A DNA stretch of 64,000 nucleotides from Yuukianura sp. NJ FZ-2021 (lineage: Eukaryota): contig CM102284.1 in the NCBI GenBank assembly GCA_046563655.1, positions 1,674,001 to 1,738,000 of the forward strand, read 5' to 3'. The translations under genes and the position numbers were made by a program. The notes below the pieces were generated by a model, which had not been told where the DNA came from, ran no database searches, and was given only the letters and a program-made list of their open reading frames with translations. Of the stretch, positions 12,458 to 24,711 are shown in pieces (position 1 is the stretch's first letter; each line of letters opens with the position of its first letter).

Positions 12458-12699
12458 CAATAGACTTCCTATAACTTATGAATTGGGCAAAATACAAAAG
12501 AAATGGCAATTGCACAAACGGGGGTTTAAAAATTGCCTTACTTTTAGGTCCTATTGTCATTGCAAAATCCACCCAATTTGCAAAAGGGTAGATTTTGCAA
12601 TGGCAATAGGACCTCAGAGTAAGGAAATTTCCTAAACCCCGTTTCTGCAATTGCCATTTGTTTTGTATTTTGCGAATTCATAAGGTAGAAAGTCTACTG
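12458..12699. mobile_element. Palindromic (foldback) MITE with TA flanks
   Basis: Almost the whole element is an imperfect inverted repeat: CAATAGACTTCCTA...GCAATTGC...GGTCCTATTGTCATTGCAAAATC pairs with GATTTTGCAATGGCAATAGGACC...TAGAAAGTCTACTG. TA on both sides. Confidence 0.8.
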
Positions 12700-13025
12700 T
12701 AAATCACTAAAGGACTATCAGCATACAGCTCTGCCTAAACTATTGCGGCTGCAAGTATTACTGCAACACCATCCAGGATTGCTGCATCCAGCACCAGGTG
12801 GTCTACATGGTGGAGGCTAAAATAATACAGAATAAGTGTTACAATTTTTGAAACTGCGACAACACTACAACCTCTGTTTTTGCAACTCGTTGATTGGTTA
12901 GTTGCCTTGTATTAGCGTGAACTGTTGGTTAGTTCCGTTAGGAGTCCTAACTTTCGACTCCACTTTACAAACAACAAGTTGCACAAACGTCACTTTTAGT
13001 GTACAAGAGAAAATTTCAACGTTGA

Positions 13026-13943
13026 TTACGTTCTACTAACCGGTCTCAATTTGCAAACTCCGTTCTGGCATGTGTCGGTGGTATAACAACACCGGTCCAT
13101 TTTTCCACAGGATCCGCCCGTGTTTATACATGCTCGACAGTGTCCGTCGGAAGCACATATGTCACCTCTCTGTTTCAGCTTACAGAAGCTGTCAGAGGGA
13201 CAGCGATCTTCACAAGCACGACCCGAACTAAATGGTCCGCAAACTTTTCCTGATGGGCAATCACTGTCTTTTTTGCATTCTTTTGCATTGGTACATGTTG
13301 TCCCAACACAGTTGCAATTTTGACATGCGCAGCATTCTCGTTTGCTTGAACAGGGTCCTCCCATGCGCTGACATTCCACGCATTTCGGGCCTACGCAAAT
13401 TAAATTTGACGAGCCACAGTCGGAATCGGTTGTACAGCGTTTGCATTTTCCTTGGATACAAAGGTCACCACCCAAACACTCAAAGATTGAGATACATGTC
13501 TAAAATATGAGAGTGAAAAAAACTTTTAAAAACTTAAAACTTCTAAAAAATATACAGAATGTTCTCAGAAAAAGCTTTAGAAAAGCAGAAAATCTGAAAC
13601 CCTACAAAGCATCCAAAACCGTTACCCGAGTTTCACACTTCCCCTTCATGCATTTATCAGTTGAGCAACAGATCCGATCGGCATCACATGACTCCCCAGC
13701 ACCCGCACATTTCTTGCAGTGGCCTGTGGGACTACAGGAAACTCCCGGACCGAAACTTGGAGGGCAAACATTTTGGCATGCGGTGGTACATTTTCGCATT
13801 TCTTTAAAATTTTGACACACTTGGCCTCCTGGGCAGTCGGAGTCTTTGGTACAAGTTGTGTTCTTAGAACACCTCACTTCATTCTGTATCACCGCTGTTA
13901 CCAAAATCACAAAAAACACGTTTTTTGACACAACCACCATCAT
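13026..13943 (-). CDS. Secreted Cys-rich protein (~263 aa) with CxxDSDC modules and three knottin-like C-C-CC-C-C modules
   Basis: Signal peptide present. Exon 13943-13626 (donor CGG|GTAACG) splices in phase 0 to exon 13499-13026 (TTTTAG|ACATGT), joining the two Cys-rich ORFs of the track into one gene. Confidence 0.8.
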
Positions 13944-14632
13944 GAACAACTTTTCAGTATCTGATACGGTTGTGATATCTCCGTATGTTTAGTCCTCAGC
14001 TACCCCGCGACTCGTATTTGGGTCGCCAAAATTTCAAAAAAGTAAAAAAAAAAAAACTAACTCCCAATGTCTTTGCTAGAATTGTCGCTGAGCGTTCTGA
14101 ATTACAAACAATGCCAATTGATGGACGGTTCTCGGCTTTAAAAGCTTTGGTGAATTCAGTTATGGGTTTGATAGCTAATAGCTTTATAACTTACTAGGAG
14201 TGGAACAACCTGGTTATTTTAGATTTGGCTGAAAGTGGAAAGGTAACCTCAAACTGACAATATGACTGAAAGGCCGGAGTCGTTCAAGCAGAACAAAATT
14301 TTGAAAGCTAGTGGTTATGTTTTTGACTGCAGGAAATAAAATAATGATCAGCTTTTAACAAAAAGCACAATGGAACGATGATAGTTCCTTATGTTTCAAA
14401 ACCGGCAAAAATTGTCCCGTTGTCCAAACTTTCTGCCGAAATTGAATTTACGAAATAAAATTTATCTATAGAAGTATAAATAATAAGAATATCTTTCATA
14501 CTCAACAATAATTGATACTATTAATTTTAAAGTTTAACAAGTTGGGTATAATTAAGCGACTATGTTTACATGAACACAAAAGAAGTAATATGTTCAATGT
14601 TGAATTCTTTTAAAGATTTCATGTTGTAGATT

Positions 14633-15040
14633 TCAGAGGTCCGTGTACAAATTGGTACTCAAGGCGTACCGACGGTCGTGTCCCGGAACTCCACCGTCAC
14701 GGAACACTAAGAACGATACGGATTCTTAACCGATGCTCCACCGAATCGGGAAAACGATCCGACTAGTATGAATTTCACCGCCTGTTCCAGCCATGTACAT
14801 ACTTGGTCCTGGTACTGGTCCAGCCTTCCAGCATCACATTCTTTCCAGTTTTTGGCCTTTGAGTTTCTGTTCTTCTGAAAAAGTTGCAAATTTTGTTTCA
14901 ATCGCAGCTTGTTTCAAATGCAAGCCGTCAACTTCATCTCGGAATTTCAGCGTTGCGCATGAGCTGGTTCGTATTTCTGGCGAAGCAGGGATAGTCTGCA
15001 CAGTGAGGCTGGCAATATTCTGCGGCTTACCCTGACTTCT
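14633..15040 (-). pseudogene. Degenerate duplicate of the secreted coiled-coil/repeat gene at 5385-6264
   Basis: High nucleotide similarity to 5385-5550 and 5880-6090. About 300 bp are deleted, WSIG-E has become WSIG-TAA, another in-frame TGA is present, and no signal exon is visible. Confidence 0.9.
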
Positions 15041-16280
15041 ATACAAACAGAAATTCATCCTTAGTTGCTCTCATAAACGGGAAAAAATTGGAAACATTTT
15101 TGTCTTTGTATTTAATGAGATAAACTTTCCTACCGTATTTTAACGTAAATAATACGCATTAGAATTGCACCCACTTGATTCATGCCAATTTTATCTGGCC
15201 ATAAAAAGAAAGAATATGTTTTTAAAGAACAACAAAATTTATTACCAAGAACTTACTTGAATTTGAAAATTGACGGTGTCATATTTCCATAAAATTGTAA
15301 ATTTTGATTTATTTTTTTGTTAAAGTTGATCACTTTGGGCCGGATCTTCTTTGCGCTATTCATAAAATGGCAAAATTACTTTTTCCTAAACGGAATTCTC
15401 TGTAAAGAAGAACATGTTAATAATTTGTTAACCAATTTAAAATAGAGTAACCCAGAAAAGAGTTCAAAGAAATTGATAGAAAGTAGAAAACTAGAAAAAT
15501 AGGTGAATTTTATTGAAAAACGTGGTTGACATTATGGTTCGCCTAAAAGTTAAGACTACGTGGACATATCCGAGTAGCTACTTTTCCCCCTTTCCTCTTG
15601 TAAATAATTAATTTTCTACTGGACGATGAGGAAGGAAGGACACAAGTTCTCAAGTTCTATTTTTTGCATTAGGTAATTGTATATGTCCATGGACTTTTTA
15701 TTTTTTGCACTCCAACTGAACAGAAGCGAAAGCAAGCCACTTGTGGAACTGTCCGTAAAAATAGTGTAGGTCGCCCGGGTTATTCTTTCGCGGTTGGACG
15801 TTGGAGCGAACAGTGGACAGCTCATTACCCGGCCAAAAAAAGTTTAGTCAACTGTGAAGTTCTGCTTAGTACGCCACACAAAGACTAAATTTTATCGTCA
15901 TGTACAAAAATTTGTCCAAGTACAAAAATGTACTTTATAAGGTGCACAAAGTTCCAATTTCTAAGTGCATAAAAGCGTTTTTCATTTTTTGTTGTGAAAA
16001 TTTTTTGTAAACTGGAGAATCCTGTCTAAGGAGCTTTTTAACAAAGGCTGGTTTCGGGTTTTGGAGGTAACTTTGAATGCCAAAATGAAGATGAAGTCCA
16101 TGTCACAGAATGCTGAAACTTTACAAAATTCATTAAACACCTATCCGAGAATCCATAAAAAAAATTTTGGCATCCTGTGACATGGACGTCATGTCCAAAT
16201 GTGTCACCAAAGTACATGAAGTTTTGATGGATATCATCACAATTTTTTGATTAAAAAATCAAAAAAATCCACGGGAACAG

Positions 16281-16610
16281 GTTAATTTTTACCACACCAA
16301 TGTGCACAATTCCACAGTTTCGTTTTGTGAAGCTGCACAATTTCAACCTTCGAGCTTTGAGTTTTTATGTTGCACAAATTTTAACTTTTGAGCGTCTCCA
16401 CTACACATTTTCAATGTTTTAACGTTTTTGGGATGCACAATTCTAAATTTTGTGTTATTTGAAATGCACAATACCAAACTTTTATGTTCTAACATTGCAC
16501 AACTGCGTACCTTTTCTGTTCTGTACAGTGCACAAGATCAAACTTTCTGGTTCTGACAATGCACAGTTTCGAACCTTTTGTGTTTCTAAACTGCACATTT
16601 TCGAAAGTTA
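16281..16610. repeat. Degenerate minisatellite built on a TGCACAA(TT) core
   Basis: TGCACA(A) recurs about ten times at roughly 30-35-bp spacing, each time followed by T-rich spacers. Confidence 0.5.
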
Positions 16611-16635
16611 TGCCATTGCGAATAAACCGTATGTA

Positions 16636-16853
16636 CATAAGTAGCGAAAGCCCCATAGATATAATCCAAAAGTTAGCAAGAAACCCAAAATTGAAAGTGA
16701 ACCCTTTGACATAAAAATCCCGCAAAACTTGGCGTTTTCAATAGCAACCACCCCGGAAATGGTTTCACGTCCCAGGCGTAATTACGGATGGACGGCCATG
16801 CAGACAACCAGACAGATAGTCAGGGTCAAACCATGAAGTAGCTTTCGCTATGT
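16636..16853. mobile_element. HINE/DINE-1-like (Helentron-associated) short element
   Basis: Subterminal inverted repeats TAGCGAAAGC (~16642) and GCTTTCGCTA (~16841). An internal GGAC/AGAC-type degenerate microsatellite (GGATGGACGGCCATGCAGACAACCAGACAGA) and a 3' mini-hairpin TAGC-TTTC-GCTA are also present. Confidence 0.45.
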
Positions 16854-17188
16854 AGAAATAACAGGTGTTTCAAAATTTCGAGCTTTTTGAGTTTTGATGT
16901 TACACAAGGCCGAAAGAATTGTGCAACATTGTGCACATTTGTGAAAAAATCAGGCGATTTAAAACGTTATATAACGTTATTAATTGGGCCGGAGAAAATA
17001 CAAACAATCAAATGGCACTGGGCCGGTTTTTCTACAGAAACCCGAAACCACCCAATCAAAATTTTCAAAATTCTATTTTTCAATTCAAATTCCTTCCACA
17101 ACATTACTTCGTAACATATCAAACCAATATCACATTTCTAGAACTTTTCTTTGAAAAACTCAAGAAATTATTCCACAAAGTTTTGGAA

Positions 17189-20086
17189 ATGGACAAAAAA
17201 ACTGCTTTCGAAGATGATTTGGCCAAAGTCGAAAATCAGTTGAAGCTCAAACAGGGACAAACCGTGGTTTCCAAATTACGAAAACAGAAATTGCATCTTT
17301 TACTAAAACTGAAAAAATATGAAGCGGTTGTTGATACTGGTGTTATGTTCCTGGGAGCAGAAGGACGCTTGGATCTCTATGTTTTCAAACACATTGTTGC
17401 AGCATACTGTCATGAAAAAAAGGTTGGTCACTTACCATAAAATCCGTAACTCCGCAAAAACCTAACATATTTTTGTGCAACAAAATTTTTAGTTCCAGGA
17501 TGGTTTGGATTTGATTGAAAAGTGGAGCAAAAATCAGAAAGAAGAAGCCTGGAAACTGCAAGAAATTCGTCAAGTCGTTCACAAGTGTTTGACTGGTGCT
17601 GGAAATGCAGTTGAATCGGTTGATCAATTGCTTGGAGTCCAGGAATTTAGCAGCGATGATGATGGCATTGACCCCGGCCTATGGAGGTTTACATTTCTAA
17701 ACAAAGTTTTTTAAACAAAACTGAGTTTTCTAAATCCGAATTTTCATTTTAGGTATCGTCCTCCCCCTGCTCAAACTGCAACGTATTTCCTCTGCCCGCG
17801 AATTTCAGACTCCACTCCATGCCTGTTTGGCGACAGTTGCTTAGCGGCTCACAGCAAAGAAGAACTGGAAGAGTGGAAAGCGAGAGCCAAAGGAGTAAGT
17901 CCGAGGTAAGTAAAAATATTTTTGAAAATTTTTAAGCCAAGGTTGGCTTAAAATTGGTAATTTTTTTTAAATATCCTTGACTCACATTTTGACTAAAAAT
18001 TTCTAAATTTTTAATTCTTTTTAAATCCTGTGGTACAGAACTGCTTTTCTGGAGTTCTTGTTGTGTTTAATAATTAATTATAAACCAACTTATTTTGATG
18101 TTATAGGTCAGAATCATACTTAAAAGCCGTTGGAATGTCAGGTCAAGGACAACGTGAAGGTTGTGGACCACGGTTGTCAAATGGCACTTGTGGTCCATGG
18201 TTACCCGGACCACCACCAAATACTCCATACTTGAAACAACTTATACTGGACTACTCGGATTCAGCAAAAAGCAAAGATTTTTGCACCAGTGTCGACGGTG
18301 TTAAATTGATGTAAGCCAATACTTTGCAATGCGGTGAATTTTTTGCACTTTTTCTCTCCACAAGTTTGCACTTTTCAAAATTTTGAACTATTTTGAAACT
18401 GACTAGATGGTCCGGTCCGCTTCAAGTTCAAGCAAATACATGCGAACATGTTTGGATTGTTTTGATTCGTTCACAACGAAAAGACACTTTGCGCACGATC
18501 ACTCTGCTTCACGATTTTGATCGAATCAATTTCCGTATATCCGAGGCCTATTTTTGTGATGACGGAAGTTTTTCACAACCAATCAATCTCATTGAATTTA
18601 ATACTTGCAATCACAAAAATGCTGTAAGTGGGTCACACGACCTTGACCATTGACCTTGGAACTTGACATGCAATTTTTGATCTTACAGGGAAAACTTCAG
18701 GTGCTAAGTACTTTCATTCCACAAAAGTTCCTCAATCGGACGTGCTACTACTACAGAGTCGGTTTCACTTTTCGTTCCGTCGGTACCGGAAAATTTTCGC
18801 AAATGGTTATACTGGACTTTAAAGAAAAACCGAAACTTGTTCAAGAGTTGAGTGTGTAAGATAACGGATACAAAAATTTAACACTTTCGCACAAAAAAAT
18901 TGACAAAAAAGTGATGACGGCGTAAACTTTTGTTTGTTTTTCTAAAAGGCTGGTCAATATTGAAACTGCTCAACCACCGGTTCCTGCACAGGCGCAATCT
19001 CAAACAACAACTACTGCTACTCCTACTCAAGTAACTACCGTCGAACCTGCTAAATCCTGCCCAATTTCTAATTTAGCGCAACAAAGTAAAGTGAAAGTTG
19101 TTGGAGAAGGTAGGCCATTGACCTATACAACATCGCAACCGTTACAACAATCGTTAACAACGATGCAACCGCAATTCGTAACGTCGCAACTACCGCTACG
19201 TTTTCAGCAACCGCTGGCTTCACAACAGCTACCGACGCAACAACCAGCACAAATTCAGCAACCGCTGACGTCACAATCGTTGCAAATTCACCAGCCGATG
19301 ACGTCACAGGCGTTACAACTTCAGCAACCGCTGACGTCACTATCGTCACAAAGTCAGCAACCTATGACGTCACTAGCGCCACAAATTCAGCAACCGTTTA
19401 CCTCGCAACTGTTACATCACCTACCATTGACGTCACAGCCTTTACAACTTCAGCAGCCGATGATCTCGCAACCGTTACAACTTCAGCAACCGTTGACCTC
19501 GCAATCGTTACAACTTCAGCAACTATTAACCTCGCAACATAATCATTATCCGCAGCATTCCTCAGCATCTCAGCATCTTTCACATATCCAGCAATCGCTA
19601 CCGTCGCAACAAGCGATGCATCTTCACCAAATACGTCTTCAGCAACCGTTGTCATTACAACCACAACCTAGTTTGGCAACAACTACTACGACATGTCTGC
19701 ATTGCCCGGTAGTTAACCACGTTAGTGAGTCTGTACCATTTCGCTACTACTGCGCTGCTCCTAGTCTTAGTCACGTTCAGCGTATCGTTCGGCCTCCGGT
19801 TGGCCAAGTTCCTGCCCATTCGCAACTTCTACCAGCTCACTTTCTATTAAACGGCAACGGATGTCACGCCTGTTGCCACCGACATCACGAACTTGAAAGA
19901 AGTGACACACGGTTGCCACTCAGAGACGCTCCACGCATGACGCAAGCCCGTCACCCGCCTGGATTCTCTGGCCCAACACATGTAACACCACAAGAGGAAC
20001 AAAACCACTCAGCAGAGGCATCAAATTTGCTTGATTTGGAACAACATCTTATTGGAAACTTCATGCACGAAATGCTCAATGATTAA
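17189..20086 (+). CDS. HELZ (helicase with zinc finger)-like N-terminal protein with CCCH finger and Gln/Pro-rich tail, lacking a helicase domain
   Basis: Seven exons (~17189-17422, 17493-17686, 17753-17905, 18107-18310, 18408-18623, 18689-18855, 18949-20086). Motifs WRYRPPP...FLCPRISDSTPCLFGDSCLAAHSKEELEEW, VDGVKL, ITLLHDFDRINFRI and YRVGFTFRSVGTGKFSQMVILDFKEKPKLVQ are colinear with the HELZ N-terminus. Confidence 0.8.
19120..19540 (+). repeat. 36-bp coding minisatellite (12-aa unit QQPLTSQSLQLQ)
   Basis: About 11 degenerate copies of CAGCAACCG(C/T)TGACGTCACAATCGTTACAACTT in the last exon of the HELZ-like gene. Confidence 0.85.
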
Positions 20087-20775
20087 TTTTTAAAAACAAT
20101 TATTGATTTTCAACGGAAAAATGTGTTAAACAAACCGAGTGCTTCAACATTTGTCGGAAAATACTCGTAAAACCCAATGCCATTTCTCAATGTATTTTGA
20201 TTCTCATGTACTTGTAGATAATATTTAGGTATATGTATATAATATGCACATATCACAGATTTAAATATTATAAACATAGTGTAACACTGAAATTTCGCAA
20301 AATTCTCAACTAAAACAAGTTAAGGTATTACTGGTTTTCTTGTTTTTCAATTTTAGGTGGTTTATAGGCTAATTATGGTTTTGAATATTTCGCGGTTTTT
20401 ATTATTTTAATTACAACCACTCTTACGTTTTTAAATATTGCTTTATTTGTATAAGGCGTAGCAGTTTAGTTTATTAATTGTTAGAATAGGTTAACATTTT
20501 TAATCTAACTATCATTAATTTGATTGTTGTTAATAATACTTTCATGGCCTTGCCATTGTAGTTAACTGTAACTCACTGGGAGTTGCAAACATTACGTTAA
20601 CAAATTGTTTGTTTCGGTCAAATCCTTTTAAAGCGGAGATCGACGTTCATGTTAGTAAATATCCCTAAAACGTTTACCGACTGTAACAAAATTATTAACC
20701 TAACAAGGTGTAACATACCTTGTTCGAACGATGACTTAATTAAATTAGCATAACAATTCTAACGGAAAACAAATT

Positions 20776-23105
20776 TTATCCTAAAGATTGAGCATTCCAT
20801 CTTCCGAAGTGAAAATCACGAACTTTGTTTTCAACCGGAAAACATTCCTCTTGTGAATGAAATTTGTGACTCTGTAGGGGAAATCCGAGACCAACCAAAA
20901 GATCTTTCAAAATTTCCCGCAAACTCGGATCCAAAAATCTCGATCTACTCCAAATTCCAACAGTTTCCCAACGATATTTGTTTGATCCAAAGACACTGCA
21001 ACTATACAGCATAAACCACTTCTCATGAGCTTTGTCAATACTCAACACAACCATCTTCGTATCTCCTAAAACAGAAATAAAATTAAAAATTAAAAAAAAA
21101 ATATAGAAAAAAAAATACTTTTTTGATGTTAACCATTTAGTGTCACTGCGTCCCACATAGAAGACACTGGACTCATCATCTTCGGAACGGTAATTGGAAC
21201 TTCAAAATGTTCAATTTTTCCTGAAGTAGAGTTTTTATGACTGAAAAAAAAAATTAAACTAGTTAGAAATATTTTTAACTAGTCAATCCGTTGTACCGCG
21301 GAGCTTGTACAACAGGATGACAAAAACAACTCTTGTATCCCGTGTACCCACGGAGTGTAACTTCCGTTTTTGTATTTTTGTATCCACAGAATTTGTGATG
21401 GGTGGTTACAATCACAGTGTTGTGAAGAAGTTACAGTGTTGTAACAGTTTAGTTACAATTTTGTAACCACAAGATTGTAACTAGGTGGATAGATATAGCA
21501 GAGTGGCAGTTACACTGTGTTGGTACAACAGATTGAGGTATAGCTCACTCACACAACAAGGACAAAGTCATAATGTTTTTATGTGAATGATTGATGATTT
21601 GTTTAATTGGTTTGGTCTAAAAATATTTTCATCAAAATTTCATGTCCTTCATACTTCTGTGTGTCAAACTTTTTTAACATGTTTTTGGAGTGAATCAACT
21701 ATGCAAATGAGGGACGTGTTCAGGTAATCAATGAAATGAAAAGAATTGTTTTCATTTCCCTTCTTTTTCTCGTTTAAAAAATATTCTTGGAGTTCCCGAA
21801 AAAAAAATTGTTTTTATTACGCAACTTTTTAGTCCGCTGATTCAATTCGTGAAAAAATACGTTCTCCATTGAAAGCCAATTACGCTGAACAGGAACTAAT
21901 TTACGTTAGTGTGATTAAAAACCAATGTTTTCAAGATACGAGATAAAAATGATTTTGGAGACAAAATGAATTCTTTTTAAACTGCTACTGTACTTGTAAT
22001 AAACTGGTGCAAGCAACTATATACAGATCAAGCAAACTGTCTCACAGTACCCCAAGCTTCTTCCGCTAACGAGTTTGAACTATTTAGAGGTCGAAGGTCA
22101 AATCCGCTCAAACTACAAATCGGGGCAAATGCAGCAGTTGTAAATCTTTAGTGTAACAATTTATCGCATTTTAAGATATCCGCCTGTAACTCTATTGCTG
22201 ACAGCGTTACAAAGTTAGTAGTACAAACGTTTAATTTTGAAATTCATGGAACTTCTGTACACTTTTCTGCATGAGACGTCGACAGACGCCACGGGGTTTT
22301 TAATTCAAATGAATTAGATGACGCTGCAAATACATGAACAAATGAGTGATGACAATACAGATTTGACATTTTCCTTTGAATAAAAAGCCCAAGTCAACTT
22401 CTGGTTTTTGTTAACTTTCAACATGGATTTTCCATTCGATTAAACCAAACAACTAGAGTGCGTTCAAAACGTGGATTCAATGGAAATGTGCAAACAAGAA
22501 ACCGGACACACGCCTGCTATTTCGCAACTCAAAAAAAAATGTCCGTAAATCAAAGGATGCCGCAACTGGGTAAGTCTTGAATATAATATCGTAGTGCCAA
22601 CTTTTTAAAGATAGTTAGATGATTGTTTTTTTTTAATTCAAAATTTCTTACGATTCAAAAGATTTGAATTTCCCGCTTTTAGCAAAATCTGCATCAGGAA
22701 CGTAGTTGAGTTGATTGCACTTGAAATTGGGTTCGACGGGGTCAAATCCACGGTCGCTTGCTGCAAATTCATGGAGGTACCATTGACCCATGATCTGCAA
22801 AAAGTGGAACAAATTGAGCAATAAGTTACTTTGAAGTTACTTTGTGTACCAAAAACTGAAAAGTTAGCACAAGAAGTGAGAAAGTTGCCCAAAATTTGCA
22901 TAACAAAAGAAAGCAGTTTTGCAAACAAATCATGTTCCATGTGCAAAAAAAAATATTGCAAAAATTTACTGTTGCGTCTGACCTTGTTGAGGTTTAGGCC
23001 ATGTCTCGGCGTCAATCTTGGAAAGTGACACTGTGCATTTTCTTGAGCATGTGCGAATAAAGCAACGTAGTAAGTTAGGACAAGTAGAGTTAACCTGGTA
23101 ACCAT
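20776..23105 (-). CDS. Lipocalin / apolipoprotein D-like secreted protein
   Basis: Signal peptide plus QC...PRLTPRHGLNLNK (exon 23105-22984). Exon 2 carries IMGQWYLHE (lipocalin GxWY motif); exon 3 lies at ~21240-21135; the last exon has VVLSID...WFMLYSC...GIWSRSRFLD (SCR2/SCR3-like). Confidence 0.85.
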
Positions 23106-24711
23106 GGCAACGTAAAGTGTCAAATTCAATGGTTACTATAGTTATGGCGGTTACACTTTATCGTTACGACGACAGTTTATGTTGAATTACCTTGTCCAAG
23201 ATCAAGTTCAGACTGATCCTGAGCCAAGACCGTGACTTGGCATTTGTAGCTTGCTGAGCAGTGACGCTCCTGGTCAGTGCCAAATAGGTTCATGACGTCA
23301 TCTCCCATTAGTTACTCCCTTTAATGTTTAAGTTTCCATTTAGCGGGTATCAATTTGCGAAATTAATACTTTCCAAAACTCGCAAAAAAATTGCCAAAAT
23401 TTGCACGGAACCTCCTGCTTCTCATGCAATGATCTCTCCGCCCCCAAATTCCGACCCGAAATCGCGTGTAAACGAACTCTCTTAAACGTTTACCAATGTT
23501 TAAATTTTTTGCACAATTGCAAAAATTGCTTGCCAAAAAATTGCAATACAAGACAACGTTATGGAAACGAGCCGGCGGTATTAACTTGTTCCCGGATTTT
23601 CTACTACTTGGCACGTCTTTGCAAAAATGATCTCTCCCTCTTACCCCGCCCCCATTTTGTGCCAATAGGCTCGCAAACGTTGATCTTGAAAAAGATGAAC
23701 GGACAATAATTAAAACATCTGAGGGCGTCAAATTAACAAATTCCAAATTCATCAGCAGAACTATTCGGATCATGACACTTCTGTTGCATTCAAAAGCAGG
23801 TTTTTCTTTTCAGGAATCAGAAATTCAAAGAATACAAAAAACGAAGAGTAAATTTTCCAACGTTGTTCGGGAAAGCCATGAATTCTTTGAAACCTATTTC
23901 ACTTTAGTTTTTAGTTTAAAACAAGAAAAAAAATGAAATTAAATTTCGAATTCAGTTACTTTTCGTAGTGAAAATTAAGAGCACTTGGAGCTTCCATGTT
24001 TCACATTTAAAAATCGCCACTTTTCAAAAAAATATTTCAAAAAACTGAGCAACATTTACAATATGGAGTTTGTTGACGTTTAAACTTCTCATTTTTGAAA
24101 TCACTGAAATGCGTGTTGATGTTGAATTAAGAAAAATAACAATAAGAGGTTGCCCTTTGCCGGATGAAGAGTTTTTTTTTACACCTCCGTTTCCAATCAA
24201 AAACAGGATATTAAAGACGTAATTTTCTTGCAACTTCCAAAAAATGCGGAAGGAAACTGAAGTTATGTATTAGAAAGCAATTCCAGAATCAAAATTTTTT
24301 GTTGCTGTTTTTATGATAGAATCATTTTTTTTGTTATACTTTTATGTTGTGTTTATAATGAAACCTCAGCGCAGTTTGGTCGATTTCCTATGTACTTTAA
24401 AACAGCTTTCATACTAAACCCCAGTTCTCCATGCATTTATGTTATTACGTTAGTTGAATTTTGATGCACCATGTAAAATGCAATTACAACTTTCAACATC
24501 AATAAAAACAAGTTCAATCCACTTTCCATTGAGAAAGGTCAAGTTACAATTGAATGATGCCACACAACACAGTAACCAAAGGCGGGATTAGATACTATAG
24601 TTTGATTTTTTATTTCTGACCCTTTGTTTGCTGCAAAATAATTTCGATCTTTGTATTTATCGTTAGTTCTAAAAACTTTCGTCACTTCCGTAATAGAAAA
24701 CGACGGCAAAA

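Noticed and set aside
19068-19664. Val/Ala/Thr-rich minus-strand ORFs
   Set aside because: Antisense reading of the 36-bp coding repeat in the HELZ-like gene.
23363-23773. 136-aa minus and 102-aa plus ORFs
   Set aside because: No recognisable motif or convincing splice structure; probably intergenic or repeat-derived.
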